A DNA stretch of 32,000 nt from Aquifex aeolicus VF5 (GCF_000008625.1 NC_000918.1:1350001-1382000); one strand, 5' to 3'. Positions 1-8,325 are shown, counted from the stretch's first letter. Translations and numbers: made by a program. The notes: a model not told the origin generated them from the sequence alone.

Positions 1-36
1 GAGAAAGCTACTGAAGGCTTACAAGGAAGGAGAGGT

Positions 37-1338
37 ATGAGTAACAGAGTAGTCATTATCGGAAGACCCAATGTGGGAAAGTCCACACTGTTCAACAGGA
101 TTATAGGGAAAAGATACGCCATAGTTGAAGACTATCCCGGCGTTACGAGGGACAAAATAGAAGCAAAGGCAGAGTGGGCGGGCAAAGAGTTCATAATAGT
201 GGACACAGGGGGACTCGTTCCAGAAACGAAGGACGAACTCATCAGAGAAGTTAAAAAAGTTGTGGAACAGGAAATCCCGAAAGCGGACGTAATACTCTTC
301 GTGGTGGATGGAAAGGAAGGGCTAAATCCTCTGGATCAGGAGATAGCAAAGTACCTTTACCCTTACGCGGATAAAGTTCTCCTCGTCGTAAACAAGATAG
401 ACAACCTGAGGCAGGAGAAAAACGTAGCAGAGTTTTACACCCTAGGTTTTGAAAAGATTTTTCCTATATCCGCCCAACACGGAAAAGGGGTTGGAGAGCT
501 TCTGGACGAGGTTGTAAAGTACCTCAAAGAAGAGAAGGTAGAGACTGTAGAAGAGGGTATAAAGGTAGCCTTTATAGGAAGACCGAACGTGGGGAAATCC
601 TCGCTCGTTAATGCAATCCTCAAGGACGAGAGGGTTATAGTTTCGCCCATTGCAGGAACCACTAGGGACGCGATAGAAATACCCTTCAGGTGGAAGGACA
701 AAAACTTCATTTTGATAGACACTGCCGGTGTGAGGAGACCCTCAAACGTTGAATACGGTATAGAGTTTTATTCCGTAGGGAGGAGTTTAAAGGCTATTGA
801 CCTTGCGGATGTATGCTGTTTAGTCATAGACGCCTCGGAAGGTCCTACCCGTCAAGATAAGAGACTCGGAGGACTTATAGAGAGAAGGTATAAGGGTTGT
901 GTCATAGTTGCAAACAAGATGGACATATCTCCATGGAGTGAAGAAGAGCTTGAAGGGATAATCAGAAAGGAACTCTTCTTTTTAGACTTCGCACCAATAG
1001 TGTTTACGGTTGCGACGAAGGGAAAGGGAGTTGAGGAACTCCTGAACTGGATAGACGTAGTTTACAAGGATTACACAAAACAACACAAGACTTCCTTTGT
1101 AAACCGAGCGGTTCACAAAATACTCTCTGAAAAACCGCCTCCTAGGTACAGGGGAAAGGAGGTAAAGGTTTATTACGCCTTTCAGGAAAGCACGAAACCG
1201 CCAACGATTGTTCTCATAACAAACTACCCTGACGCCTGGAAGGAAAACTACAAACGCTTTTTCATAAAGAAACTCAGAGAGTACCTGAACATCAAGTATG
1301 CCCCAATAAAGCTCGTGATAAAGGGAAGGGAAGATTAA
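37..1338 (+). CDS. der: GTPase Der/EngA (tandem GTP-binding domains, 50S assembly factor)
   Basis: 433-aa ORF with two P-loops (GRPNVGKST near the N-terminus and GRPNVGKSS near residue 181). Each is followed by DTGG/DTAG and NKxD motifs. A KH-like C-terminal region is present. AGGAGAGG Shine-Dalgarno lies just upstream of ATG 37. Confidence 0.95.
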   Translation: MSNRVVIIGRPNVGKSTLFNRIIGKRYAIVEDYPGVTRDKIEAKAEWAGKEFIIVDTGGLVPETKDELIREVKKVVEQEIPKADVILFVVDGKEGLNPLDQEIAKYLYPYADKVLLVVNKIDNLRQEKNVAEFYTLGFEKIFPISAQHGKGVGELLDEVVKYLKEEKVETVEEGIKVAFIGRPNVGKSSLVNAILKDERVIVSPIAGTTRDAIEIPFRWKDKNFILIDTAGVRRPSNVEYGIEFYSVGRSLKAIDLADVCCLVIDASEGPTRQDKRLGGLIERRYKGCVIVANKMDISPWSEEELEGIIRKELFFLDFAPIVFTVATKGKGVEELLNWIDVVYKDYTKQHKTSFVNRAVHKILSEKPPPRYRGKEVKVYYAFQESTKPPTIVLITNYPDAWKENYKRFFIKKLREYLNIKYAPIKLVIKGRED

Positions 1339-2058
1339 TTATTGATAACTCCTCACAAGGGAAAGGACTACGAGTTCCCAGCCGTTTGCGAGGACAAAGA
1401 GCATTATCTTAAAGGGGAGGGAGATGAGCTGGGGCGGTATCATGATTATCCCCATGGAAATTAAAATTGAAGCCACCACGAGGTCCACTATGAGGAAGGG
1501 AATGTAAAGGAGGAAGACTATCTCAAAGGCGGTTTTTAGTTCGCTCACCATAAATGCGGGAATTACGACTCTCAAAGGGATTTCGTGAGGTTCTTTTACG
1601 GAGTCCTTCGGGATTTTCGCTATACTCAGGAAAGCCTCTAAGGTTTCCTTTCTCGTGTGCTTGAGCATAAAGTCCTTGGCGTAAAACTCAACTCTTTTAA
1701 AGAACTCCTCATCGCTTATTTCCTCTCTTATGTAAGGCTGGAGAGCCTCTGAATTTATCTTGTCTATCGTAGGCTTCATTATAAAGAAGGTAAGAAAAAG
1801 GGAAAGGGCTATTATCACTTGATTTGGCGGTGCTTGGGGAGTGCCTATTGCCTGTCTCAGAAGTGATAGAACCACCACTAGCCTCGTAAAGGAGGTAAAC
1901 ATTATAAGGATTGAAGGGACGAGACTGAGGATAGTTAAGAATATCAGGAGCCTTATAGAATCTACTAAGTTCCCCTCACCGACTTTTAGTTCAATAGGAG
2001 GAATTTGGGAGAAAACAAACCCTGCACTAAGAATGAGAATCGTTAACGCTTTCCTCAT
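1339..2058 (-). CDS. fliP: Flagellar type III export apparatus protein FliP
   Basis: 239-aa ORF with an N-terminal signal-like segment. It carries the FliP/YscR family core LTILSLVPSILIMFTSFTRLVVVLSLLRQAIGTPQAPPNQV and multiple TM helices. Its stop codon abuts the der stop with zero spacer. Confidence 0.93.
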   Translation of the reverse strand: MRKALTILILSAGFVFSQIPPIELKVGEGNLVDSIRLLIFLTILSLVPSILIMFTSFTRLVVVLSLLRQAIGTPQAPPNQVIIALSLFLTFFIMKPTIDKINSEALQPYIREEISDEEFFKRVEFYAKDFMLKHTRKETLEAFLSIAKIPKDSVKEPHEIPLRVVIPAFMVSELKTAFEIVFLLYIPFLIVDLVVASILISMGIIMIPPQLISLPFKIMLFVLANGWELVVLSLVRSYQ

Positions 2059-2293
2059 AGAGCACCTTGGCGTAATTGGGACTTATCAAAAGGTAAAACT
2101 TCTTCTCCTTTATCCTTACACACACGAAGAACATATCTTTCCCGAGGGGAAGAACTTCCTCAAGTTTTAGGTTTTTAGCTTTGAGCCTTTGAAGTCTGCC
2201 CCTCAGGATTACGGGAAGTGCAAAGTAAAGGAGGACGAGAACTACGAGGAGAGAAATGCCAACCTTTAGCAGGTATTCAAGAACTTCGTTCAC
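2027..2293 (-). CDS. fliO: Small single-TM protein in the fliO position (FliO-like)
   Basis: 88-aa ORF with one N-terminal TM helix (GISLLVVLVLLYFALPVIL). It lies immediately upstream of fliP and overlaps it by 32 nt. Its GTG start overlaps the stop of the upstream gene (GTGA). The call rests on position and architecture, since there is no strong family motif. Confidence 0.5.
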   Translation of the reverse strand: MNEVLEYLLKVGISLLVVLVLLYFALPVILRGRLQRLKAKNLKLEEVLPLGKDMFFVCVRIKEKKFYLLISPNYAKVLYEESVNDSHS

Positions 2294-3285
2294 TTTTCTA
2301 TTATCGTCTCTTCAACTTTCATACCGAAGTGTCTTCCAGCTTCTTCCACGTATCCGAGAACCTCATCTCCTTCTTTTAGCTCGGACACCGATATGGGAGT
2401 CCCGTCGGGCTTTGTGAGTCTTATAGTTTCCGCGTTCTGGAGTATACAACTAAGTTTTTTGTTTTCATACCTCCCTTCTATCAGTAGCATGGGTCTCCTT
2501 TCAACCTTAGCCCTTCCGACGTACGTTACCCTTCCCCTTCCCTTGTAGTCGTAAACCATGACTTTGTCCCCCGCCTTCAGTTCACAAAGGTACTTGGTTC
2601 TGTTGTTCGGAACCCTTATGTACATGTGAACCGCTCCCGCGTTTACCCTGAAGGGTCTCGCGGCAACGTAAGGATTTTCTTCAGTCTCCGCGTGAACGAG
2701 GAACATTCCTCCCGAAGAGTTTCCAACGAGCATTCCCTCGCCCCTGTGAAGGAGCGATATAGTATCCACACAAACCCTGTCCCCGAGTCCGAGGGGAAGT
2801 ATTTTCGTTATTTTTATCGTTACAAGTTCCAGTTTTTCCTCGTGTTCGCTGACGATTTGTCCCACTTTCTTTATTTCGTTTATATCCCTGCTCTTTAAGA
2901 CTACTCCCTTAACACCTTTTTCCAGTGTCTGAAGTGCTACTTCAGCTTCCTGAGCGTTTTTCACAACCGCGTAAAGCTCTTCCCTCTGGGCTATTAAGTT
3001 CTCCAAAGGAATTACGGTCCAGTCCGTGGTCTCCACTATTACCTTCACGTTTGGAGGATATTTTGCAGCCCTTTCCTCGTCTTCCTTTCCCTTTATCAGA
3101 ACGTAAACCACATCTTCCCCGAGTTTCAGATCTCCGTCCGGTGCTATTACGGTTATTCTCCCGACTTTTTTTACCTCCTCAACCCTTCCCTTTTCCGGGA
3201 TAACTACCGCGTTAGCTCCGGCCTCCAAGGCAACGGATACGATTTTTCTGTCAAAAGGCTCAACCCATACCCAAAATTCTTTCAT
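2290..3285 (-). CDS. aroB': 3-dehydroquinate synthase II (archaeal-type, DHQS-II family)
   Basis: Strong resemblance along its length to archaeal DHQ synthase II: GDRVCVDT, FLVHAETEENPYVAARPFRVNAGAVH, ILQNAETIRL and a C-terminal HFGMKVEETIIEK. I prefer ATG 3285 (MKEFWVWV) over the TTG at 3300 used by the ORF track. A perfect TATAAT (minus strand, 3292-3297) ends 6 nt before that ATG, which suggests a near-leaderless mRNA. Confidence 0.85.
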   Translation of the reverse strand: MKEFWVWVEPFDRKIVSVALEAGANAVVIPEKGRVEEVKKVGRITVIAPDGDLKLGEDVVYVLIKGKEDEERAAKYPPNVKVIVETTDWTVIPLENLIAQREELYAVVKNAQEAEVALQTLEKGVKGVVLKSRDINEIKKVGQIVSEHEEKLELVTIKITKILPLGLGDRVCVDTISLLHRGEGMLVGNSSGGMFLVHAETEENPYVAARPFRVNAGAVHMYIRVPNNRTKYLCELKAGDKVMVYDYKGRGRVTYVGRAKVERRPMLLIEGRYENKKLSCILQNAETIRLTKPDGTPISVSELKEGDEVLGYVEEAGRHFGMKVEETIIEK

Positions 3286-3309
3286 GCTATTATTATACAA
3301 GGGGGTATT

Positions 3310-4200
3310 GTGAAAAAAGCTTTAGGAATTTTAGCAATCCTCTTAATCCTCGTAGGTGGATACTTTGCGTACGACAAGTACATGGACAACAAGGCGAAGG
3401 AACAGGTTGAGTACTTTTTAGACAAAACCTTAAGAAAATCGGGAAAAGGTTCCTACAAATACGTTGATTACAAGCCAATCGGCGGAGAAATAATAATAAA
3501 AGACGTTTACTACAGAGACAGGAACGGAGAAGAGTTCAAAATAGAGGAGATAATAATAGAAAAATTAAGCGAAACGGAAGGGAAGTTTTTATTCAAGAAC
3601 GTAAAGCCTTTAAAGGTTAAAGGAAAAGGTTTACTGGAAGAGTACGGCTATAAAGATCCGAAATTTAACCTTTTCGTCTCTTACGAAGCTAAACCTAAGG
3701 AAAAGGAATTCCACTTAAGGAGTTTGAGTTTAGATTACCCTGAAGCCTTTGAAGTGAATATTTCCTTTATTCTTGGAAATTACGACCACGCCTTCTGGAA
3801 AACGGTTGCTTTGAGCGATAGACCTCCTGAAGAAGTGAGTTTTCAAGTCCTCTCAGAACTCGGCAGTATCAAGATAAACTCTCTTGAAGTTGTATACAGG
3901 GACAAAGGATTTAAGGAAAGAGTAATAAAGAAGGAAGCCCAAAAAAGGGGAAAAACTCCCGAGGAATTCAAGAAAGAGTTAATCCGAAAGATTGAAGAAG
4001 AGAAATTAAAGGCAAGGTCCGAGTTTGAGAGAAACCTCCTCGACGCCTTTGAGAAATTTTTAGAAAAAGGAAAGGAAATAAAGGTAGTTATAAAACCAAA
4101 TCCTCCTCTGAAGATACAGGATTTATTTGTAGTCGCAGCGGTGCAAAAGGACGAAAGGGAGCTTCTTAAACTCTTAAATCCTGTGATAGAGGTAAAGTAA
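3310..4200 (+). CDS. Membrane-anchored hypothetical protein (Lys/Glu-rich)
   Basis: 296-aa ORF with a GTG start preceded by a GGGGG SD-like run. It has an N-terminal TM helix (ALGILAILLILVGGYFAY). I recognise no family motif. Its 3' end overlaps convergent coaX by 27 nt. Confidence 0.7.
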   Translation: MKKALGILAILLILVGGYFAYDKYMDNKAKEQVEYFLDKTLRKSGKGSYKYVDYKPIGGEIIIKDVYYRDRNGEEFKIEEIIIEKLSETEGKFLFKNVKPLKVKGKGLLEEYGYKDPKFNLFVSYEAKPKEKEFHLRSLSLDYPEAFEVNISFILGNYDHAFWKTVALSDRPPEEVSFQVLSELGSIKINSLEVVYRDKGFKERVIKKEAQKRGKTPEEFKKELIRKIEEEKLKARSEFERNLLDAFEKFLEKGKEIKVVIKPNPPLKIQDLFVVAAVQKDERELLKLLNPVIEVK

Positions 4201-4863
4201 ATTTCTCATGCCCCTGTGAACAAGGAGTGGGTCGTAAATACCGAACTTGGAAAAGTACTTCCCCTCTCCGCCCGTTATAACCACTTTGAACTTTCTTTTA
4301 AATACTTTTCTCCAGAGTTTCAGTGTACTTTTAATAAATTCTGTGCTCTCCCTGTAAGCCCCTCCCAGGACGCACTCTCGTGTAGAACGCCCAAGAAAAA
4401 TTTCTACCTCTTCGGGAAAAAACTCGGGAATTCCCTCCGCCAGGTCGGAAAGAATTTTTAACTTCTTTCCAAGTCCTAAGGTAATAAACCCTCCCTTAAA
4501 TTTGCCCTCAAGAACTAGGTCAATTACAAGGGCAGTACCCGCACTGATTACTACAACATTCTTTCCGTAAAACTTTTTGGCGGAGTAAGCAAGTGCTACC
4601 CTGTCCGTGCCCAGCGTTTCAGGAGTTTTGTAATCAACCTGTATAGGAAAGTTTTCCTTCTTTAAAAACTTTATCTTCGGTATTTTTCCCCTTACTTTTT
4701 CGCTAAAACTCTGTTTTACGGATATTCCGAGCGCTTTTAATTTAGGAAATTCTTCCTTTAAAAATTCTTCGTGTGAAAGTTTCAGAAAATCTTTTACTTT
4801 CTTCCCTTCCCATAGGGCGATATCAACGGAGGAATTCCCTACGTCTACCGTCAAAAACCTCAT
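4174..4863 (-). CDS. coaX: Type III pantothenate kinase (CoaX/Baf family)
   Basis: 229 aa. It has the N-terminal ASKHA phosphate motif LTVDVGNSS, the GTDR motif (ETLGTDRVALAY), and ITGG near the C-terminus. The start overlaps the hyuB stop (ATGA). Confidence 0.9.
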   Translation of the reverse strand: MRFLTVDVGNSSVDIALWEGKKVKDFLKLSHEEFLKEEFPKLKALGISVKQSFSEKVRGKIPKIKFLKKENFPIQVDYKTPETLGTDRVALAYSAKKFYGKNVVVISAGTALVIDLVLEGKFKGGFITLGLGKKLKILSDLAEGIPEFFPEEVEIFLGRSTRECVLGGAYRESTEFIKSTLKLWRKVFKRKFKVVITGGEGKYFSKFGIYDPLLVHRGMRNLLYLYHRI

Positions 4864-6425
4864 TCTTCTTTCATATAACCTCCACCGCCAGGGGTTTCTA
4901 CCCTGAGCCTGTCTCCTTTTTTCAAGTATACGGAAAACTTGGAGGGCATTTCTTTTTCTCCTTCTTCAGTTTTTATTAGATTTATTCCGGGCATTCCAGG
5001 TTTTCCTCCGAAGAGTCCGTAAGGAGCAAGCCTCCTCCTCTCCGAGAGAACGGTAACTTCAACGTCCGTCAGGAATTCATACTCCCTCACGATGCCGTCT
5101 CCTCCCCTGTGCATTCCTTCACCGCCCGAACCCTTCCTTATGGAGTACTCGGTAACTAGAATAGGGTAGTAGTGTTCAAGGGCTTCTATGGGGGTGTTTA
5201 AAGTGTTCGTCATGTGGGAGTGGACCGCACTCTCGCCGTCTCCTTTAGCACTCGCCCCCATTCCTCCTCCTATTGTCTCGTAGTAGGTAAAAGGTTCTCC
5301 ATTTTCGGGGTTTATTCCCCCTATTGTCACGTGGTTCATAGTCCCCTGACTCGCCGCGGGAACTTTTTCCGGAATCGCCTTAGAAAAAGCTCCGAGAACT
5401 ACGTCCACGATTCTCTGGGAGGTTTCCACGTTTCCGCCCGCAACACCTGCGGGAAATTCCGCATCTACAACACTTCCCTTTCTCGTAATAACTTCAAGGG
5501 GTCTAAAACAACCCTCGTTTACGGGAATATCGCTTCCGAGTAGAGAAATTACCGCGTAGTAAACCGCGGAAAGTGTTATAGCCCTTACCGCGTTTATTCC
5601 TCCCCTCGTCTGGTCATCTGATTTAGAAAAGTCAAATATTAACTTTTCCTTTTCAACCTTAAGTTTTAAGTGAATCTTTACGTCTTTCCTTCCGTAGCCG
5701 TCGTCCTCCATGTAGTCTTCAAACTCGTACTCGCCTTCTGGAAGAGCTTTTATCCTTTCCCTTATTATCCTTTCCGAGTAATTCATAAGTTCCTTTGAAA
5801 AGAATAAAACCTTTTCAATTCCTTCCCTTTCTATGAGTTCCCTTAACCTCTTTATCCCCGTTATGTTAGCCATAATCTGGGCTTTAAAGTCCCCTTCCCT
5901 TTCCTCAGGAGTTCTTACGTTTCTTAAGAAGACCTTCATGAAATCCTCGTTTAGTTCTCCCCTCTTCATCAGTTTTAGAGGCGGAATTATGAAACCTTCC
6001 TGAAATATGCTAGTGGAAAGGGGCATGGAACCGGGGGTTGCTCCTCCAACGTCCGCGTGGTGTGCCCTGTTTGCGAGGAAAAAGAGTAGTTCTCCTTTGT
6101 AGAAGAAGGGAGCGACAAGTGTTATGTCTGGAAGGTGCGTTCCGCCCATGTAGGGGTCGTTCAGTACCACCATGTCCCCCTCTTCAAACTCACCTTTAAA
6201 AGCTTTAATAGCCTCTTTTACGGAAAGGGGCATAGAGCCTAGGTGTACGGGAATGTGTGCCGCCTGAGCGACGAGGTTTCCCTCTTTATCAAAGACTGCA
6301 CAGGAAAAGTCCCTTCTTTCCTTAATATTCGGGGAGAATGCTGTTCTCTGGAGAACAAGTCCCATCTCTTCCGCTATTGACGAAAAGGCGTTCTTGAATA
6401 CTTCAAGGAGTATAGAGCTGTTCAT
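4860..6425 (-). CDS. hyuB: Hydantoinase B / oxoprolinase family protein
   Basis: 521 aa. The N-terminus LEVFKNAFSSIAEEMGLVLQRTAFSPNIKERRDFSCAVFDKEGNLVAQAAHIPVHLGSM is typical of the Hydantoinase_B family. No HyuA-type partner is adjacent. Confidence 0.9.
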   Translation of the reverse strand: MNSSILLEVFKNAFSSIAEEMGLVLQRTAFSPNIKERRDFSCAVFDKEGNLVAQAAHIPVHLGSMPLSVKEAIKAFKGEFEEGDMVVLNDPYMGGTHLPDITLVAPFFYKGELLFFLANRAHHADVGGATPGSMPLSTSIFQEGFIIPPLKLMKRGELNEDFMKVFLRNVRTPEEREGDFKAQIMANITGIKRLRELIEREGIEKVLFFSKELMNYSERIIRERIKALPEGEYEFEDYMEDDGYGRKDVKIHLKLKVEKEKLIFDFSKSDDQTRGGINAVRAITLSAVYYAVISLLGSDIPVNEGCFRPLEVITRKGSVVDAEFPAGVAGGNVETSQRIVDVVLGAFSKAIPEKVPAASQGTMNHVTIGGINPENGEPFTYYETIGGGMGASAKGDGESAVHSHMTNTLNTPIEALEHYYPILVTEYSIRKGSGGEGMHRGGDGIVREYEFLTDVEVTVLSERRRLAPYGLFGGKPGMPGINLIKTEEGEKEMPSKFSVYLKKGDRLRVETPGGGGYMKEE

Positions 6426-6426
6426 C

Positions 6427-6455
6427 TTGACACTCCCAAAAGCATTTTATACAAT
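6427..6455 (+). promoter_or_regulatory. Sigma-70-type promoter for the tRNA-tuf transcription unit
   Basis: TTGACA (6427-6432), a 17-nt spacer, then TACAAT (6450-6455). The -10 box ends 24 nt upstream of the first tRNA. The -35 hexamer begins 1 nt after the hyuB start codon on the opposite strand. A minus-strand TATAAA (6446-6451) overlaps the -10, so the two genes appear to have back-to-back promoters. Confidence 0.55.
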
Positions 6456-6479
6456 AAAATATTGGCACGTGTGAGAAAA

Positions 6480-6552
6480 GCTGGCGTAGCTCAGTCGGCA
6501 GAGCGCGGGATTTGTAATCCCGTGGGCGCGGGTTCGAGTCCCGCCGCCAGCT
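6480..6552 (+). tRNA. thrU: tRNA-Thr (anticodon UGU)
   Basis: Cloverleaf GCTGGCG/CGCCAGC acceptor stem, anticodon loop TTTGTAA and T-loop GGTTCGAGTCC. No 3' CCA is encoded. Confidence 0.95.
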
Positions 6553-6574
6553 TGGAATTGGGGCAGGATGCTTA

Positions 6575-6659
6575 GGAGGGGTGGCCGAGCGGCCAAAGGC
6601 AGGGGACTGTAAATCCCCCGGGCGTCCGCCCTGCGCAGGTTCGAATCCTGCCCCCTCCA
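6575..6659 (+). tRNA. tyrU: tRNA-Tyr (anticodon GUA), long variable arm
   Basis: Acceptor stem GGAGGGG/CCCCTCC, anticodon loop CTGTAAA, long variable arm and T-loop GGTTCGAATCC. No CCA is encoded. Confidence 0.95.
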
Positions 6660-6668
6660 TATTACTGA

Positions 6669-6744
6669 GCGGGCGTAGCTCAGTTGGTAGAGCAGCGGCC
6701 TTCCAAGCCGCAGGTCGCGGGTTCGAGTCCCGTCGCCCGCTCCA
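6669..6744 (+). tRNA. glyT: tRNA-Gly (anticodon UCC)
   Basis: Acceptor stem GCGGGCG/CGCCCGC and anticodon loop CTTCCAA. The 3' CCA is encoded. Confidence 0.95.
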
Positions 6745-6773
6745 ATATAAAAATCCCTTCCTTCAATAAATAA

Positions 6774-6849
6774 GCCCAGGTAGCTCAGTCGGTAGAGCGC
6801 ACCCTTGGTAAGGGTGAGGGCGCCGGTTCGAGTCCGGTCCTGGGCTCCA
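6774..6849 (+). tRNA. thrT: tRNA-Thr (anticodon GGU)
   Basis: Acceptor stem GCCCAGG/CCTGGGC and anticodon loop TTGGTAA. The 3' CCA is encoded. Confidence 0.95.
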
Positions 6850-6870
6850 CTTCCCTGATAAAAATCCCTC

Positions 6871-6900
6871 TTTACAAACGTAAAAGAAATAATTTATAAT
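6871..6900 (+). promoter_or_regulatory. Candidate internal sigma-70-type promoter upstream of tuf
   Basis: TTTACA (6871-6876), an 18-nt spacer, then TATAAT (6895-6900). A GGAGG SD follows at 6921-6925, before ATG 6932. Confidence 0.45.
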
Positions 6901-6931
6901 ATTTTGTTACCTCAAAATTCGGAGGTAGGAA

Positions 6932-8149
6932 ATGGCAAAGGAGAAATTTGAAAGGACAAAAGAACACGTAAACGTGGGAACAATAGGACACGTTGACCAC
7001 GGCAAAAGCACTCTCACTTCCGCTATAACATGCGTTCTCGCTGCAGGCCTCGTTGAAGGCGGTAAAGCTAAGTGCTTCAAATACGAAGAAATCGACAAGG
7101 CTCCAGAAGAAAAAGAAAGAGGAATCACGATAAACATCACCCACGTTGAGTACGAAACCGCCAAACGCCACTACGCTCACGTTGACTGCCCCGGTCACGC
7201 TGACTACATCAAGAATATGATCACCGGCGCAGCTCAAATGGACGGTGCAATACTCGTTGTTTCCGCAGCAGACGGCCCCATGCCCCAAACTAGAGAACAC
7301 GTGCTTCTCGCAAGACAGGTTAACGTTCCTTACATAGTCGTTTTCATGAGCAAGTGTGATATGGTTGACGACGAAGAACTTTTAGAACTCGTTGAGCTCG
7401 AAGTTAGAGAACTTCTCTCCAAGTACGAGTATCCCGGAGACGAAGTTCCCGTTATCAGAGGATCGGCACTTGGAGCACTTCAAGAACTCGAACAAAACTC
7501 TCCCGGCAAGTGGGTTGAGTCCATAAAAGAGCTTCTCAACGCGATGGACGAGTACATACCGACACCACAAAGGGAAGTGGACAAGCCCTTCCTTATGCCA
7601 ATAGAAGACGTGTTTAGCATATCCGGAAGAGGAACGGTTGTAACCGGAAGAGTAGAGAGAGGAGTTCTGAGGCCCGGAGACGAAGTAGAGATAGTAGGAC
7701 TCAGGGAAGAGCCCCTCAAGACAGTTGCAACGTCTATAGAGATGTTCAGGAAGGTGCTTGACGAGGCACTGCCCGGAGACAACATAGGAGTGCTGCTGAG
7801 GGGAGTAGGAAGGGACGACGTAGAAAGGGGACAGGTATTGGCGCAACCTGGGAGTGTAAAGGCTCACAAGAGGTTCAGGGCACAGGTATATGTACTTAGC
7901 AAGGAGGAAGGAGGAAGACACACTCCGTTCTTTGTGAACTACAGACCGCAGTTTTACTTCAGGACGGCTGACGTGACGGGGACTGTGGTGAAGCTTCCAG
8001 AAGGAGTGGAGATGGTGATGCCTGGGGACAACGTAGAGCTTGAGGTGGAGCTTATAGCACCTGTGGCGTTGGAAGAAGGGCTCAGGTTTGCGATAAGGGA
8101 AGGTGGTAGAACAGTAGGTGCAGGTGTCGTTACTAAAATACTGGATTGA
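6932..8149 (+). CDS. tuf: Elongation factor Tu
   Basis: 405 aa with [17 protein letters not shown] and SKCD G-motifs, alignable to EF-Tu over its full length. Confidence 0.99.
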   Translation: MAKEKFERTKEHVNVGTIGHVDHGKSTLTSAITCVLAAGLVEGGKAKCFKYEEIDKAPEEKERGITINITHVEYETAKRHYAHVDCPGHADYIKNMITGAAQMDGAILVVSAADGPMPQTREHVLLARQVNVPYIVVFMSKCDMVDDEELLELVELEVRELLSKYEYPGDEVPVIRGSALGALQELEQNSPGKWVESIKELLNAMDEYIPTPQREVDKPFLMPIEDVFSISGRGTVVTGRVERGVLRPGDEVEIVGLREEPLKTVATSIEMFRKVLDEALPGDNIGVLLRGVGRDDVERGQVLAQPGSVKAHKRFRAQVYVLSKEEGGRHTPFFVNYRPQFYFRTADVTGTVVKLPEGVEMVMPGDNVELEVELIAPVALEEGLRFAIREGGRTVGAGVVTKILD

Positions 8150-8159
8150 GGTTTGAAAA

Positions 8160-8312
8160 ATGGCTAGGGAAATAATTACTCTCGCTTGTACCGAATGCAA
8201 GAGGAGGAACTACACCACTACGAAGAACAAGCAGAAGCACCCCGAGAGACTGGAACTCAGGAAGTACTGCAAGTGGTGCAGGAAGCACACCATACACAGA
8301 GAGGTAAAATAA
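8160..8312 (+). CDS. rpmG: 50S ribosomal protein L33 (Cys4 zinc-ribbon form)
   Basis: 50-codon ORF missing from the supplied track because it is under 60 aa: [50 protein letters not shown]. It has CxxC...CxxC. A GAGGT SD overlaps the tuf stop codon. Confidence 0.9.
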   Translation: MAREIITLACTECKRRNYTTTKNKQKHPERLELRKYCKWCRKHTIHREVK

Positions 8313-8325
8313 ATTCTTAATTAGT

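Noticed and set aside
2-40. Possible 3' end of an upstream plus-strand gene (frame 2: ...RKLLKAYKEGEV-stop) whose TGA overlaps the der ATG as ATGA
   Set aside because: It is plausible given the ATGA-coupling habit of this genome. However, 13 codons at a window edge cannot be supported as a feature.
1841-2170. 109-aa plus-strand ORF overlapping fliP/fliO, plus similar ORFs at 2626-2898, 2925-3203, 4216-4461, 5214-5543, 22051-22365, 25216-25821 and 30223-31495
   Set aside because: All are embedded antisense in confidently identified genes, and none has motifs or start signals.
3286-3300. TTG start (track) for the DHQS-II gene, and similarly the GTG start at 25882-25890 for the phosphoesterase-like gene
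   Set aside because: In both cases an in-frame ATG a few codons downstream has better context. For DHQS-II a TATAAT is placed for a leaderless ATG, and for the other gene a GGAGGTG SD contains the proposed GTG. Homologue N-termini agree with the ATG starts.
6403-6769. 85-aa (minus) and 62-aa (plus) ORFs spanning the tRNA cluster
   Set aside because: They are translations of tRNA genes. The cloverleaf structures fully explain this DNA.
7382-8200. 272-aa ORF antisense to tuf, plus further antisense ORFs at 6872-7300, 6907-7164 and 7480-7785
   Set aside because: They lie entirely within the unmistakable EF-Tu reading frame on the other strand. Their composition is low-complexity and Ser/Leu/Phe-rich, which is typical of a stop-poor antisense frame. 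No SD and no recognisable motifs.
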